Below, one piece after another: positions 1-8,441 of a stretch of 64,000 bases of DNA. This DNA comes from Alphaproteobacteria bacterium (GTDB taxonomy: Bacteria; Pseudomonadota; Alphaproteobacteria; Rs-D84): positions 1 to 64,000 of the forward strand of contig JAVBPX010000001.1 in the NCBI GenBank assembly GCA_031549365.1. Reading direction: 5' to 3'. The notes under the pieces are model-generated. The model was not told the origin of the DNA. It saw only the letters and a list, made by a program, of their open reading frames with translations, and made no database searches. The first letter of the stretch is position 1. The number at the start of each line of letters is the position of its first letter. The translations under genes were made by a program, and so were the position numbers.

Positions 1-824
1 TCGTCATGCTCAAGGTTTGTGATTTCCCCACTGCGGCATCCTGTTAATGCGATTGCTTTGACTGCCAAAATCGTCTGGGGCGAATAATTGCCGATATCCA
101 GCGCATCGTCCAACGCCGCAAACAGTCTTTTGTATCCATCCAGGTCTAAAACCTGATATTTAAACTTTTGGGATTTGGCTTTTTGAACCAGTCGACATGG
201 ATTAGTGTTTATCTGTCGGTGGTTGTACTTTTCACACCAGTTTAGAAAGGTGGACATCAGTCGCATTACATGATCGGCGGCGGCGATGGTTTTATTGTTT
301 TTAATTTTATCGTATGCGTCTTGGATTGTGCCCAGGTCTATATCTTCGATAAACTTATCACCCAGGATTGGAGTTATATGAATTCGCATCAGGCTTGCAT
401 TTGTACGATATGTACCCTCGCGGTTGTTCTCGCGGCAGTGCTTGTCCATAAATACAGGAAACAGCTCTTTAAGCCTTTTACGTCGCGCCTCTCGTGCGGC
501 GGTTTCTCGAATGCGGTCACGTTGTGCAACCTGTGGGTCTGTACCTGCGAATATATCTTTTTTCATATCTACTGCCTTGGCACGAATATCGTTAAGCGAA
601 AATTCAACCAAAGTTCCAAGTCGCATATGCCGTTGACGTTTTGTACCACGAACCCGATATTGCAGGTAAAACACTTTGCGACCAGTTCTCGCCGAATACC
701 GAAATTGCAGACCTGGTAACGCGGCATCAGATATCTGTAAATTCCGATCAGATGTCAGATTTTTCAGGTATCCCGTTGTCAAAATTTTCTTAAAACACTC
801 TGTTTTTTGCATATCCCATACCAT
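1..824 (-). CDS. int: Tyrosine recombinase/integrase, P4-like with N-terminal arm-binding domain (3' end runs off window)
   Basis: Manual translation (not in ORF track): MQKTECFKKILTTGYLKNL..ISDAALPGLQFRYSARTGRKVFYLQYRVRGTKRQRHMRLG..GTDP (DUF4102-like), NPC motif, box I ALTGCRSGEI; open to base 1; start 824 or 812. Confidence 0.93.
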   Translation of the reverse strand, partial: MVWDMQKTECFKKILTTGYLKNLTSDRNLQISDAALPGLQFRYSARTGRKVFYLQYRVRGTKRQRHMRLGTLVEFSLNDIRAKAVDMKKDIFAGTDPQVAQRDRIRETAAREARRKRLKELFPVFMDKHCRENNREGTYRTNASLMRIHITPILGDKFIEDIDLGTIQDAYDKIKNNKTIAAADHVMRLMSTFLNWCEKYNHRQINTNPCRLVQKAKSQKFKYQVLDLDGYKRLFAALDDALDIGNYSPQTILAVKAIALTGCRSGEITNLEHD

Positions 825-863
825 TATGTTACACACATTACCGACACACGAACACAAGTCCAG

Positions 864-1064
864 TTAATAAGGCATTTGATTATTCTTTGCTTGATTATTC
901 AGCCAATTATCCACATCTGTCCGCCGATATCGCACCAAACGGTTCAGGACTTTTACATAATCCGGGCCAACCCCCGTCATGCGATACATGGCCAGGGTCG
1001 ACACCGCTATGCCCAGGTATTTTGCAACCTCTGCGGTGGTTATGAATTTTTCGTCGTTTTGCAT
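864..1064 (-). CDS. AlpA/excisionase-like HTH protein
   Basis: FITTAEVAKYLGIAVSTLAMYRMTGVGPDYVKV..RLVRYRRTDVDNWL; directly upstream of integrase. Confidence 0.88.
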   Translation of the reverse strand: MQNDEKFITTAEVAKYLGIAVSTLAMYRMTGVGPDYVKVLNRLVRYRRTDVDNWLNNQAKNNQMPY

Positions 1065-1552
1065 TTGTACTCCTTTAACGCTCTGTCAATCATCGACATG
1101 ATTGCGGATTCGCAATCGTGTATATCTTCTTCTAAAATCATTCGGGCCGAGTGTTCATCTGCCCCTTTGCGTACAAGCCTTGGGGCCATTCTGCTTGGTA
1201 AAATGCCAAGCCTGTTTCGTACAACCTGCTTAATTTCGAACAAGTCATGTTCTACTTTTTCGCGCAACACCAATTCTTTACACCTTTGCTCATATTTAAT
1301 TTTCAACAAAGCCACACGATATACCCAGTCCATCGTGCGCTCATCCCAATATCTTTTCTCGGCTCGGCACGACATAACTGCCGGCGGTTCCGCATAGTAT
1401 GCAGGGTTTGTATTCTGCGTCCATTGAGCATTGGCAATTTTTGGATCAATTTTATCGTTCATGGTTGAAATGCGACCATCGGCAATTGCCTTGCGAACAG
1501 CGCCTTCAGATACACCGCGCATTTTTGCATAAGCTCTTCTTGATACTAACAT
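1040..1552 (-). CDS. Terminase small subunit, lambda Nu1-like
   Basis: N-terminal winged HTH MLVSRRAYAKMRGVSEGAVRKAIADGRI; C-terminal LLKIKYEQRCKELVLREKVE..VRNRLGILPSRMAP typical of Nu1-like TerS; start trimmed to ATG 1552. Confidence 0.72.
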   Translation of the reverse strand: MLVSRRAYAKMRGVSEGAVRKAIADGRISTMNDKIDPKIANAQWTQNTNPAYYAEPPAVMSCRAEKRYWDERTMDWVYRVALLKIKYEQRCKELVLREKVEHDLFEIKQVVRNRLGILPSRMAPRLVRKGADEHSARMILEEDIHDCESAIMSMIDRALKEYKCKTTKNS

Positions 1553-1572
1553 TTCATTTTCTCTTTCGTTCG

Positions 1573-1817
1573 GCGCGGACCGTTTGGTACGCAGTCCGCA
1601 CCCACCGCGCAATTATAAAAAACAAAGTTTTCCAACGATTTTGAACAAAGTATGCGCGGACCGGTGTACGGTGTTTGTTAACTGTTTTTTACAAAAAACA
1701 CAATCCCTTCAATGTCTTGACCGTGCAGTGCGGACTGCGTACCGTTTTTATAAAGCAGTCGCTAGGCAACTGTCGGGGTCGCCTTTACCCGCGGCACGAA
1801 AAGCCGTCACAGAACCT
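1573..1817 (-). other. Putative cos packaging site (cosQ-cosN-cosB-like)
   Basis: Minus strand AGGTTCT-N27-GGCGACC, same spacing as lambda GGGTCCT..GGCGACC; perfect 16-bp inverted repeat at 1586-1601/1728-1743; GCGCGGACCG direct repeat at 1573 and 1654; directly upstream of terS. Confidence 0.65.
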
Positions 1818-2401
1818 ATATTTTTTTACGATAGTATTCATTTTGCTTGTTTATCCAGACCATTATTGCCGGCATAGAAAGGCTGTTTCCTGTACATTTT
1901 CTGATTAAAACCTCTTGTGTTTTCAGTAAAACTTCTTGTGGATATACGGACAAGACTTGACCAAGTTCTGGGTTGCGACGCATCAATTCAGCGAATGAAA
2001 AATCGTGTAAAATTGTGTATTTTGATTCTGAATTCGCGCTTAATTTCTTTGAAAAATCATTTATCAGAACATTAACATTGTTCTTGTTATTGATAATGTT
2101 ATTGGGGTTGTTATTTGTTATTGCGACAGATGCTGCGGAGCCAAGGTCATCAGATTCCATTTTCAATCTGTTCAGATTGTTTTGCCCATCTATTCTTGCG
2201 CGAAACAGATAGTCCTTTACATCTGTTCTGATACGCCGTCTGGTCACGGTCAATTTGCTTTTTCATATACAACCACAGCTGATGATCATATTTCCGATCT
2301 GGATATTCGAAAAGACACATCAGGATTTCGGCTTTTTCTTCCGCCGATAAGGCCGCAACCAAACCCGCCATTTCTGTTTCAACAAGAACACGCATGTCCA
2401 A
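1816..2401 (-). pseudogene. DUF6291-like phage replication protein, split into two overlapping frames (2150-2401 and 1816-~2160)
   Basis: First frame LSAEEKAEILMCLFEY..KKQIDRDQTAYQNRC..NRW; second frame supplies the Asn-rich linker and C-terminal domain; frames meet at GAAAATGGAATCTGA. Confidence 0.55.
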
Positions 2402-2404
2402 CTC

Positions 2405-2614
2405 CTATGCCCGTTTTCCAGTTCCCTGGAATGTCATTGTCTGCTCAAATTCTGTGATATCTGTTTTACGATAAACAATACGACCAACTCGTTTTATGAA
2501 CTTCGGTCCCACACCCATCGATCGCCACTTTTGCAAAGTATTGCGTTTCACATTCCATAACTCCGCCAGCGCTTTTTCAGTCAGATAATCATCCCGTCTT
2601 ATTGTGTCCGCCAT
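2405..2614 (-). CDS. AlpA/HTH_17 DNA-binding protein
   Basis: YLTEKALAELWNVKRNTLQKWRSMGVGPKFIKRVGRIVYRKTDI; RBS AAGGA before ATG 2614. Confidence 0.88.
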   Translation of the reverse strand: MADTIRRDDYLTEKALAELWNVKRNTLQKWRSMGVGPKFIKRVGRIVYRKTDITEFEQTMTFQGTGKRA

Positions 2615-2716
2615 TTTCCAATCCTTTATGTTTTTGGTTATGTATATGACGAACAAAGCACGAAAAATCACGTTTATCAATCGGCTAAAATGATACAAGA
2701 ATGACAGAAGGTTGCT

Positions 2717-3502
2717 TTATGTATATTTGCGCACAAAAAGTCGCGCTAATTGTATGAATGCGTTGGGAATATATACGAGCTTAAAGTTAGCATCAATCAA
2801 AGCTTGTAAGTTTATAATTGCTTGCGTCCTCCAAGAATTCGCAATATCTCTCAGTGTTTGGTTTGTCGTATCAAAGTTGTCACTTTGTTCTGATAAAGCC
2901 ACGAGATGGTTTTCAAGGTACGCATCAGACAAAACATATTCAATTTTATCCATAACGCCTGTTTTAGGATCTGCATCCTCGGAGCTTTGAAGTGCATGTT
3001 TTATAGTTGCAATGCCTGCATAGAATTTGACTTCGCCAAGCCATAGTTCTGGTTGGCTTGGACTATCAATTATATGAAATGAATCAAAGCCTGCGGTTTC
3101 GGTTTTCCCAAGCACATTATAAAAATATCCACGTGATACAATCGCATCTGTTCCGTATTTGGCTTTCAACACACAATCTAGCAATACCTCACCAAAGAAT
3201 CCTCGTTTTAATTTTGCCGCTTCACTGGAGTTTTCGTCATATCTGAGCTTGCTATGAAGAGCCCTTGCAAGCATTGGGGTATAGTCCGCATTGGTTAAGT
3301 CTTGCGCACTAAATGCATATTCAATAATTGAGTTATATATAATTTCAACCAACGCATTGTGGTTATTGCGTTCATAGCAGTCATCTTGACGATCTACATG
3401 TGTGTGCTTGATTTTATCAATACCAATGCCAGTATTGGGCAGGCTGTATTTTATAGATATAGTTCGATTTATTAAATTGCGTAAAGATTCTCTCATCATC
3501 AA
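2717..3502 (-). CDS. Hachiman HamA-like (DUF1837) PD-(D/E)XK nuclease, possibly C-terminally truncated
   Basis: GFFGEVLL..GFDSFHI..LWLGEVKFY motifs; start overlaps hsdR stop (ATGA). Confidence 0.75.
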   Translation of the reverse strand: MMMRESLRNLINRTISIKYSLPNTGIGIDKIKHTHVDRQDDCYERNNHNALVEIIYNSIIEYAFSAQDLTNADYTPMLARALHSKLRYDENSSEAAKLKRGFFGEVLLDCVLKAKYGTDAIVSRGYFYNVLGKTETAGFDSFHIIDSPSQPELWLGEVKFYAGIATIKHALQSSEDADPKTGVMDKIEYVLSDAYLENHLVALSEQSDNFDTTNQTLRDIANSWRTQAIINLQALIDANFKLVYIPNAFIQLARLFVRKYT

Positions 3503-6500
3503 CCATTATTTCTCTTAAAATTCTCTGCCTGTTCAAAGATTTCTTTGTAAACTTCGTCTCTATCAACAGGGGGATAATCGTGTTTAGCCAACAAGAGAAT
3601 CAAATCAACTTTCAATTCAGCTTTGATATCTTCACGCTTAAATGCATCGGTATATCTAACCTTGTCATTAACAACGTCGGCAACAGCTTGAGCCAGTGGT
3701 ATTAGTTTGTTGTCGGGATATTCAAATTGGTATTTATGCGCCAGTTCTTTCAGAATATCATAAAAAGCCTTTTCTTCAAAATTGATGCCCATATCCTTGA
3801 AAGACTCTTTTTCACGTTGCAGATCTCGATACAAACCAATAATTTCATCTGTGAATTCTTCCAAGACTTCGCTGCGCAGCACATCAGACTCTTTGCGTTC
3901 ATTGTATTTTTCAACCAGCGCAGAAAATTTATTAGAAAAATCAACGGCTTTGAACTTATTGACCTTTTTGAACTCGCAAATCGCACGTTCTAGCAATTTT
4001 TCTAACAATTTAATTTTTGTGTTTGGCAACTTGATTTTTTCAACTTTGGCCAGATAGTCTTCGCCAAATAAATCTATTTCAGCGTTATCCTCGCCCAGTT
4101 TGAATATCTCTTCAACCCCATCACTAACCAGTGCATCTTGGATCATTTCACGAACCCGTGCATTCATCTGGGATATATCAGGGGCATCGCCGCGTGTCAA
4201 TTTGAATACAATTGAACGAACTGCAATATAAAAGTGTACCAAATCGCATTCTTGTTGTGTTAGTAAACCACTGCCAACACATATATCGTATGCGGATTTT
4301 AGACGTTTGACCAAGTCCATGAACCTACGTTCAATCGCATCTGTAATTTGTACGAATTCTGCTGCATTGTTCAGACAATTCAACTGCGCTACGGGCGAAC
4401 CAGTAAAGTAAGGTGATTTATCAAATTTATGGAATATTTTGTTTAATAAATCCAAATGGTCTTTAACAACGATAACGGAAGTATTGATTTCTTCGATATT
4501 CTGTTCTTCGCCCTTGGAAAACATCGCCAGCGCAAGTCCCATTTGCTTTTTGATGCCAATATAGTCGACCACAAGCCCTTTGTCTTTACCTTCGAATTTA
4601 CGATTTACGCGAGAAATAGTTTGAATCAAAGAATGACGCTGTATCGGCTTATCAATATAGATTGTATCCAGTTCCGGCACATCGAATCCCGTCAACCACA
4701 TATCAACAACTATGGCAATTTTGAAATTTGATTTCGCGTTTTTAAATTGACGATCCAGCTCTTTACGATAATCAGATGTCCCCAACATATCGTACAGCGA
4801 CTTTTCATCATCTTTATTCCGTGTCATAACCAGTTTAATTTTCGAAATTGCTGGTGCGTCTTTATCGTCTGTACGTTCAATTGCCCAATCTGGTCGCAAT
4901 GATATTACTGCCTTGTAAAACTCATATGCGTTTGAACGATCGCTGGCCACAAACAACGCCTTGCCCATAACAGAGGCACCCTCACGCACTCGCGTTTCAT
5001 AATGTTCAACAAAGTCCCGCGCCAGCGCATTTATACGGTCTGGGTCGCCCAAAATAACATTCATATTGGCGCTGCATTTTTTGCTTTCTTCGATTTGATG
5101 TTCATTTGCACCATCAATCGCACATTGATCATAGTATTTTTCGATATCGGAAAGTTTGCTGTTATCCAGAACAACTTTTGCCGCACGTCCTTCATAAACT
5201 ATTCGGACAGTGATTTCGTCTGTTACGGATTCCGTCATTGTATAAGAATCTGAAATCGGACCGAATACATCCAACGTCGAATCAATCGGTGTGCCAGTAA
5301 ATCCAACATAGACGGCATTCGGCAATGAATCATGCAAATGTTTCGCAAAACCGTAAGTCTTTTTGATACCTTTATCGGTGACTTTGATTTTTTGATCCAA
5401 ATTGATTTGGCTGCGATGCGCTTCGTCCGATATGCAAATCACATTGCTGCGGTCGGTCAACATCTTGGTATCTTCTGTAAATTTATGAATAGTGGTTAAA
5501 AATACTCCGCCACCTTCGTGACCGCGCAATAATTCACGTAACTGTGCACGACTTTCGACACTGATAACATTTTCATCGCCGATGTACTTTTTGGCGCGAA
5601 CGAATTGTTTGGATAATTGGTCATCCAGGTCTGTGCGATCGGTAATTAAAACAATGGTTGGGTTTGCAAATTCGGGACTGCGCATCAATAGCCGTGTTAA
5701 AAACATCATTGTATAGCTTTTGCCACAACCTGTCGCCCCGAAATATGTTCCGCCGCGTCCATCGCCATTTGGGCGGCGCGCCGCCAAGATCGTATTGTAT
5801 AGTTTACGTGCAGCATAATATTGCGGATAACGACACACGATTTTTTCGTCCTTGGTACTGTTATCGGGAACATAGATAAAGTTCTGGATAATATCGCGCA
5901 GGCGGACACGGTTAAATGCGCCATTGATCATTGTATGTAATGACGATATGCCATCAACCGCAACCAATTCGTTACCATCAACCTTGCGCCAAGCATAAAA
6001 GAAATCATATGGTGCGAACAATCCGCCAATTTTGCTGTTTACGCCATCGGAAATCACGCACAGTGCATTGTATTTCATCAATTCTGGAATATCGCGGCGA
6101 TACCGCACAGTTAGTTGTTTATACGCGTCGTGAATTGTTGCATCTTCGCGTATTGCGGATTTGAATTCAAATACCACCAATGGCAGTCCGTTTATATATA
6201 GTATTCCATCGGGGATACGGCGTTCGGTGCCAACGATTTCCAGTTGGTTGACAATTCGATATTTGTTTTGATCCGCATCAGAATAATCAATCAGCGATAC
6301 GCGAAAGTCCTTTGCCTTTGAATCTTCGCGCTTTAAATCAAATCCATCGGTCAGTAATCGCATAAATTCTGAATTGCTGGAATACAGGTCATTGTGTGGC
6401 AAAGTTTCCAACCGACGAATAATCCCGCCGATTTCAGATTCAGTAATTTTATTTACAGCATACGCATTGCGCAAATATTCACGCAAGTCATCCAGAATCA

Positions 6501-6618
6501 GAACATCGGATTCAGATGTGCGCTTAATATCCATACCATTGGTATGTGGGATACCAACCCCACCCAATAATTCTATAATCGCCGCTTCTAATTGCGCTTC
6601 TGTGAATTTCATGATCAT
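3499..6618 (-). CDS. hsdR: Type I restriction enzyme R subunit
   Basis: PDGILYINGLPLVVFEFK nuclease motif, GATGCGKS Walker A, DEAH, FTGTP, LTGFD, QTISRVNR. Confidence 0.97.
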   Translation of the reverse strand: MIMKFTEAQLEAAIIELLGGVGIPHTNGMDIKRTSESDVLILDDLREYLRNAYAVNKITESEIGGIIRRLETLPHNDLYSSNSEFMRLLTDGFDLKREDSKAKDFRVSLIDYSDADQNKYRIVNQLEIVGTERRIPDGILYINGLPLVVFEFKSAIREDATIHDAYKQLTVRYRRDIPELMKYNALCVISDGVNSKIGGLFAPYDFFYAWRKVDGNELVAVDGISSLHTMINGAFNRVRLRDIIQNFIYVPDNSTKDEKIVCRYPQYYAARKLYNTILAARRPNGDGRGGTYFGATGCGKSYTMMFLTRLLMRSPEFANPTIVLITDRTDLDDQLSKQFVRAKKYIGDENVISVESRAQLRELLRGHEGGGVFLTTIHKFTEDTKMLTDRSNVICISDEAHRSQINLDQKIKVTDKGIKKTYGFAKHLHDSLPNAVYVGFTGTPIDSTLDVFGPISDSYTMTESVTDEITVRIVYEGRAAKVVLDNSKLSDIEKYYDQCAIDGANEHQIEESKKCSANMNVILGDPDRINALARDFVEHYETRVREGASVMGKALFVASDRSNAYEFYKAVISLRPDWAIERTDDKDAPAISKIKLVMTRNKDDEKSLYDMLGTSDYRKELDRQFKNAKSNFKIAIVVDMWLTGFDVPELDTIYIDKPIQRHSLIQTISRVNRKFEGKDKGLVVDYIGIKKQMGLALAMFSKGEEQNIEEINTSVIVVKDHLDLLNKIFHKFDKSPYFTGSPVAQLNCLNNAAEFVQITDAIERRFMDLVKRLKSAYDICVGSGLLTQQECDLVHFYIAVRSIVFKLTRGDAPDISQMNARVREMIQDALVSDGVEEIFKLGEDNAEIDLFGEDYLAKVEKIKLPNTKIKLLEKLLERAICEFKKVNKFKAVDFSNKFSALVEKYNERKESDVLRSEVLEEFTDEIIGLYRDLQREKESFKDMGINFEEKAFYDILKELAHKYQFEYPDNKLIPLAQAVADVVNDKVRYTDAFKREDIKAELKVDLILLLAKHDYPPVDRDEVYKEIFEQAENFKRNNG

Positions 6619-7307
6619 GCCCCTTGGTCTTCTTTATAGTTATTTAACATATTAACGGCCGCTTGTTTCTTAGCATTCCAAATGTTTAACTTTTGCCTTG
6701 GCGCAAAATCAAGATATGCTTTATCCACAATGCCGGCAAAATCTTTGGTGAAAGCTATAATTTTGTCTAGGTTGCTAGTTACATCTTGCGCCGTGATTTT
6801 ATCGCGACCATCCAACCTTAGATTGATCCAAGATATATGAAGTTCATTTTTTATAATTTTAAAGCTATTTAATGCCGATCTTAAATATTGTTGATATTCA
6901 ACGAATTTAATATTATTTGAATTTCTGTATAAAAATTCATCGTCAATCGCATCAATTCTTTCACATAAATTATTAAGTTTGTCGGCAAACTCAACACACC
7001 AGGATTCTGGAATAACCCTATTATTCTCTTCGGCTTTTCTTGAATTTATCTCTAACTGTTTGGCAAAATAATATAAAGATTCATTGCTTTTTAATAGTAT
7101 TTTTAACCCTTTGGTGTGAACATCTATCATATTTACAGAATCTACCGCGGCGGCAACAAAAAACGCCGTAGAAATGCAGACAATCAGATTACTAAAAAAT
7201 TGAGCATCCATATTTCCAATATATGAAGATTGCAGCCAATATGCTGCGCCACTTAAAATCAGAAAAAATATCACTCCGCCAAATACAATAATTTTTTTAG
7301 TTTTCAT
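6615..7307 (-). CDS. Hypothetical protein with two N-terminal TM helices, between hsdS and hsdR
   Basis: 230 aa; hydrophobic segments at about aa 6-25 and 37-56, helical soluble remainder; abuts hsdS and overlaps hsdR start. Confidence 0.75.
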   Translation of the reverse strand: MKTKKIIVFGGVIFFLILSGAAYWLQSSYIGNMDAQFFSNLIVCISTAFFVAAAVDSVNMIDVHTKGLKILLKSNESLYYFAKQLEINSRKAEENNRVIPESWCVEFADKLNNLCERIDAIDDEFLYRNSNNIKFVEYQQYLRSALNSFKIIKNELHISWINLRLDGRDKITAQDVTSNLDKIIAFTKDFAGIVDKAYLDFAPRQKLNIWNAKKQAAVNMLNNYKEDQGA

Positions 7308-8441
7308 TTATTCCTCGCTTACGGTTGCCGTTTTTGAAAGAAGTAAGTTTTTAATTTTTTTCAGTTGTTCGACTTCCTGACATTTGGTCTTTATTATTTT
7401 ATCCATAGGGTGTATAATTTTTTCGAAATCATCCAAGTTTTTTACAGATGGAACGACTATCGACAATTCTTTTAATTCATCTCTGTTTATCGAACCAAAC
7501 ACGGTTCCATCAGAATTAAATTTATCTAAATCAAATTTTAAATATTCACACAAATAAAACACAAAAGAATAGTGTTTGGTTTTAGATCTGATGGCCGCTA
7601 AACCTCGTCCAATACAACAAGATTCTGTAGCTACATTTATATCTCCAACTGGGGCTCGAACGCTCATTAAAATATCATTTTTTTGAGCCATTTTCTTCTT
7701 TTGTACTGTAAATAATCTGCGTGTAGGGTATCGCCAGCCAAACTCTGCGCGCCCCTGATAAAACACAACTCCAACCCCATTTTCATTGTAACTTTCACCA
7801 TCTGGGGATTGTCCCTGAACAATATCTGCAACATCTTCAAGCTGTCCAATACCCCAATCATTTGGCATGGTGCCGCCGAAGGGTTCAAAGTCCACGAACC
7901 AGGATTTAAATATAGCGCTTGCGATATTGGACAGATTTTGGGCAATTTGTTCGTTCAGTTTAATTCGGTCTGTGATGGTTTTATATTCTGCCACAATCGC
8001 GCGCTGTTTTTCGATACTTGGTACTGGTAATTCAATGTTGCACATTTCTTCCCATTCAAATATTTCCCTGGCACTGCCATGAGATTTAAACCGGGCATAC
8101 CTATCGAATTCTGGACGCATGAACCACATCATTAAGTATTCTGGTATCAATTCATTAGGATTTGTAATTTCAAACACTGTATATGCCTGCGACACTATTC
8201 CTGTTTCGTGTTGAGTTAATAGCGCTACTGATATTTTATCGCCATTCCGCGATGTAACTGGTCCATATGCAAATTGTCCACGATTTATTATTTTATAAGT
8301 CGACATATCTGTACCAACCGTATTGGCTATTGATGCCATCAGTATCTTTTGTATACTTACGCCTAGTAATGGCAGGTCAGAACAATCGGAATTGCGATTA
8401 TTAACAATACGTATAAAATATCCAAGTCGTTTATATGCCAT
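7308..8441 (-). CDS. hsdS: Type I R-M specificity subunit
   Basis: Two TRDs with conserved PVPSIEKQRAIV..IFKSWFVDF..PNDW spacer and LLLSK C-terminus. Confidence 0.95.
   Translation of the reverse strand: MAYKRLGYFIRIVNNRNSDCSDLPLLGVSIQKILMASIANTVGTDMSTYKIINRGQFAYGPVTSRNGDKISVALLTQHETGIVSQAYTVFEITNPNELIPEYLMMWFMRPEFDRYARFKSHGSAREIFEWEEMCNIELPVPSIEKQRAIVAEYKTITDRIKLNEQIAQNLSNIASAIFKSWFVDFEPFGGTMPNDWGIGQLEDVADIVQGQSPDGESYNENGVGVVFYQGRAEFGWRYPTRRLFTVQKKKMAQKNDILMSVRAPVGDINVATESCCIGRGLAAIRSKTKHYSFVFYLCEYLKFDLDKFNSDGTVFGSINRDELKELSIVVPSVKNLDDFEKIIHPMDKIIKTKCQEVEQLKKIKNLLLSKTATVSEE

Noticed and set aside
270-1397. Plus-strand ORFs 270-719, 676-867 and 807-1397
   Set aside because: Antisense shadows of the integrase, xis and terS genes; no motifs
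1573-1743. Repeats as a mini CRISPR array
   Set aside because: Mixed orientations, 10-16 bp, irregular spacing and no cas genes; no CRISPR array seen anywhere in the window
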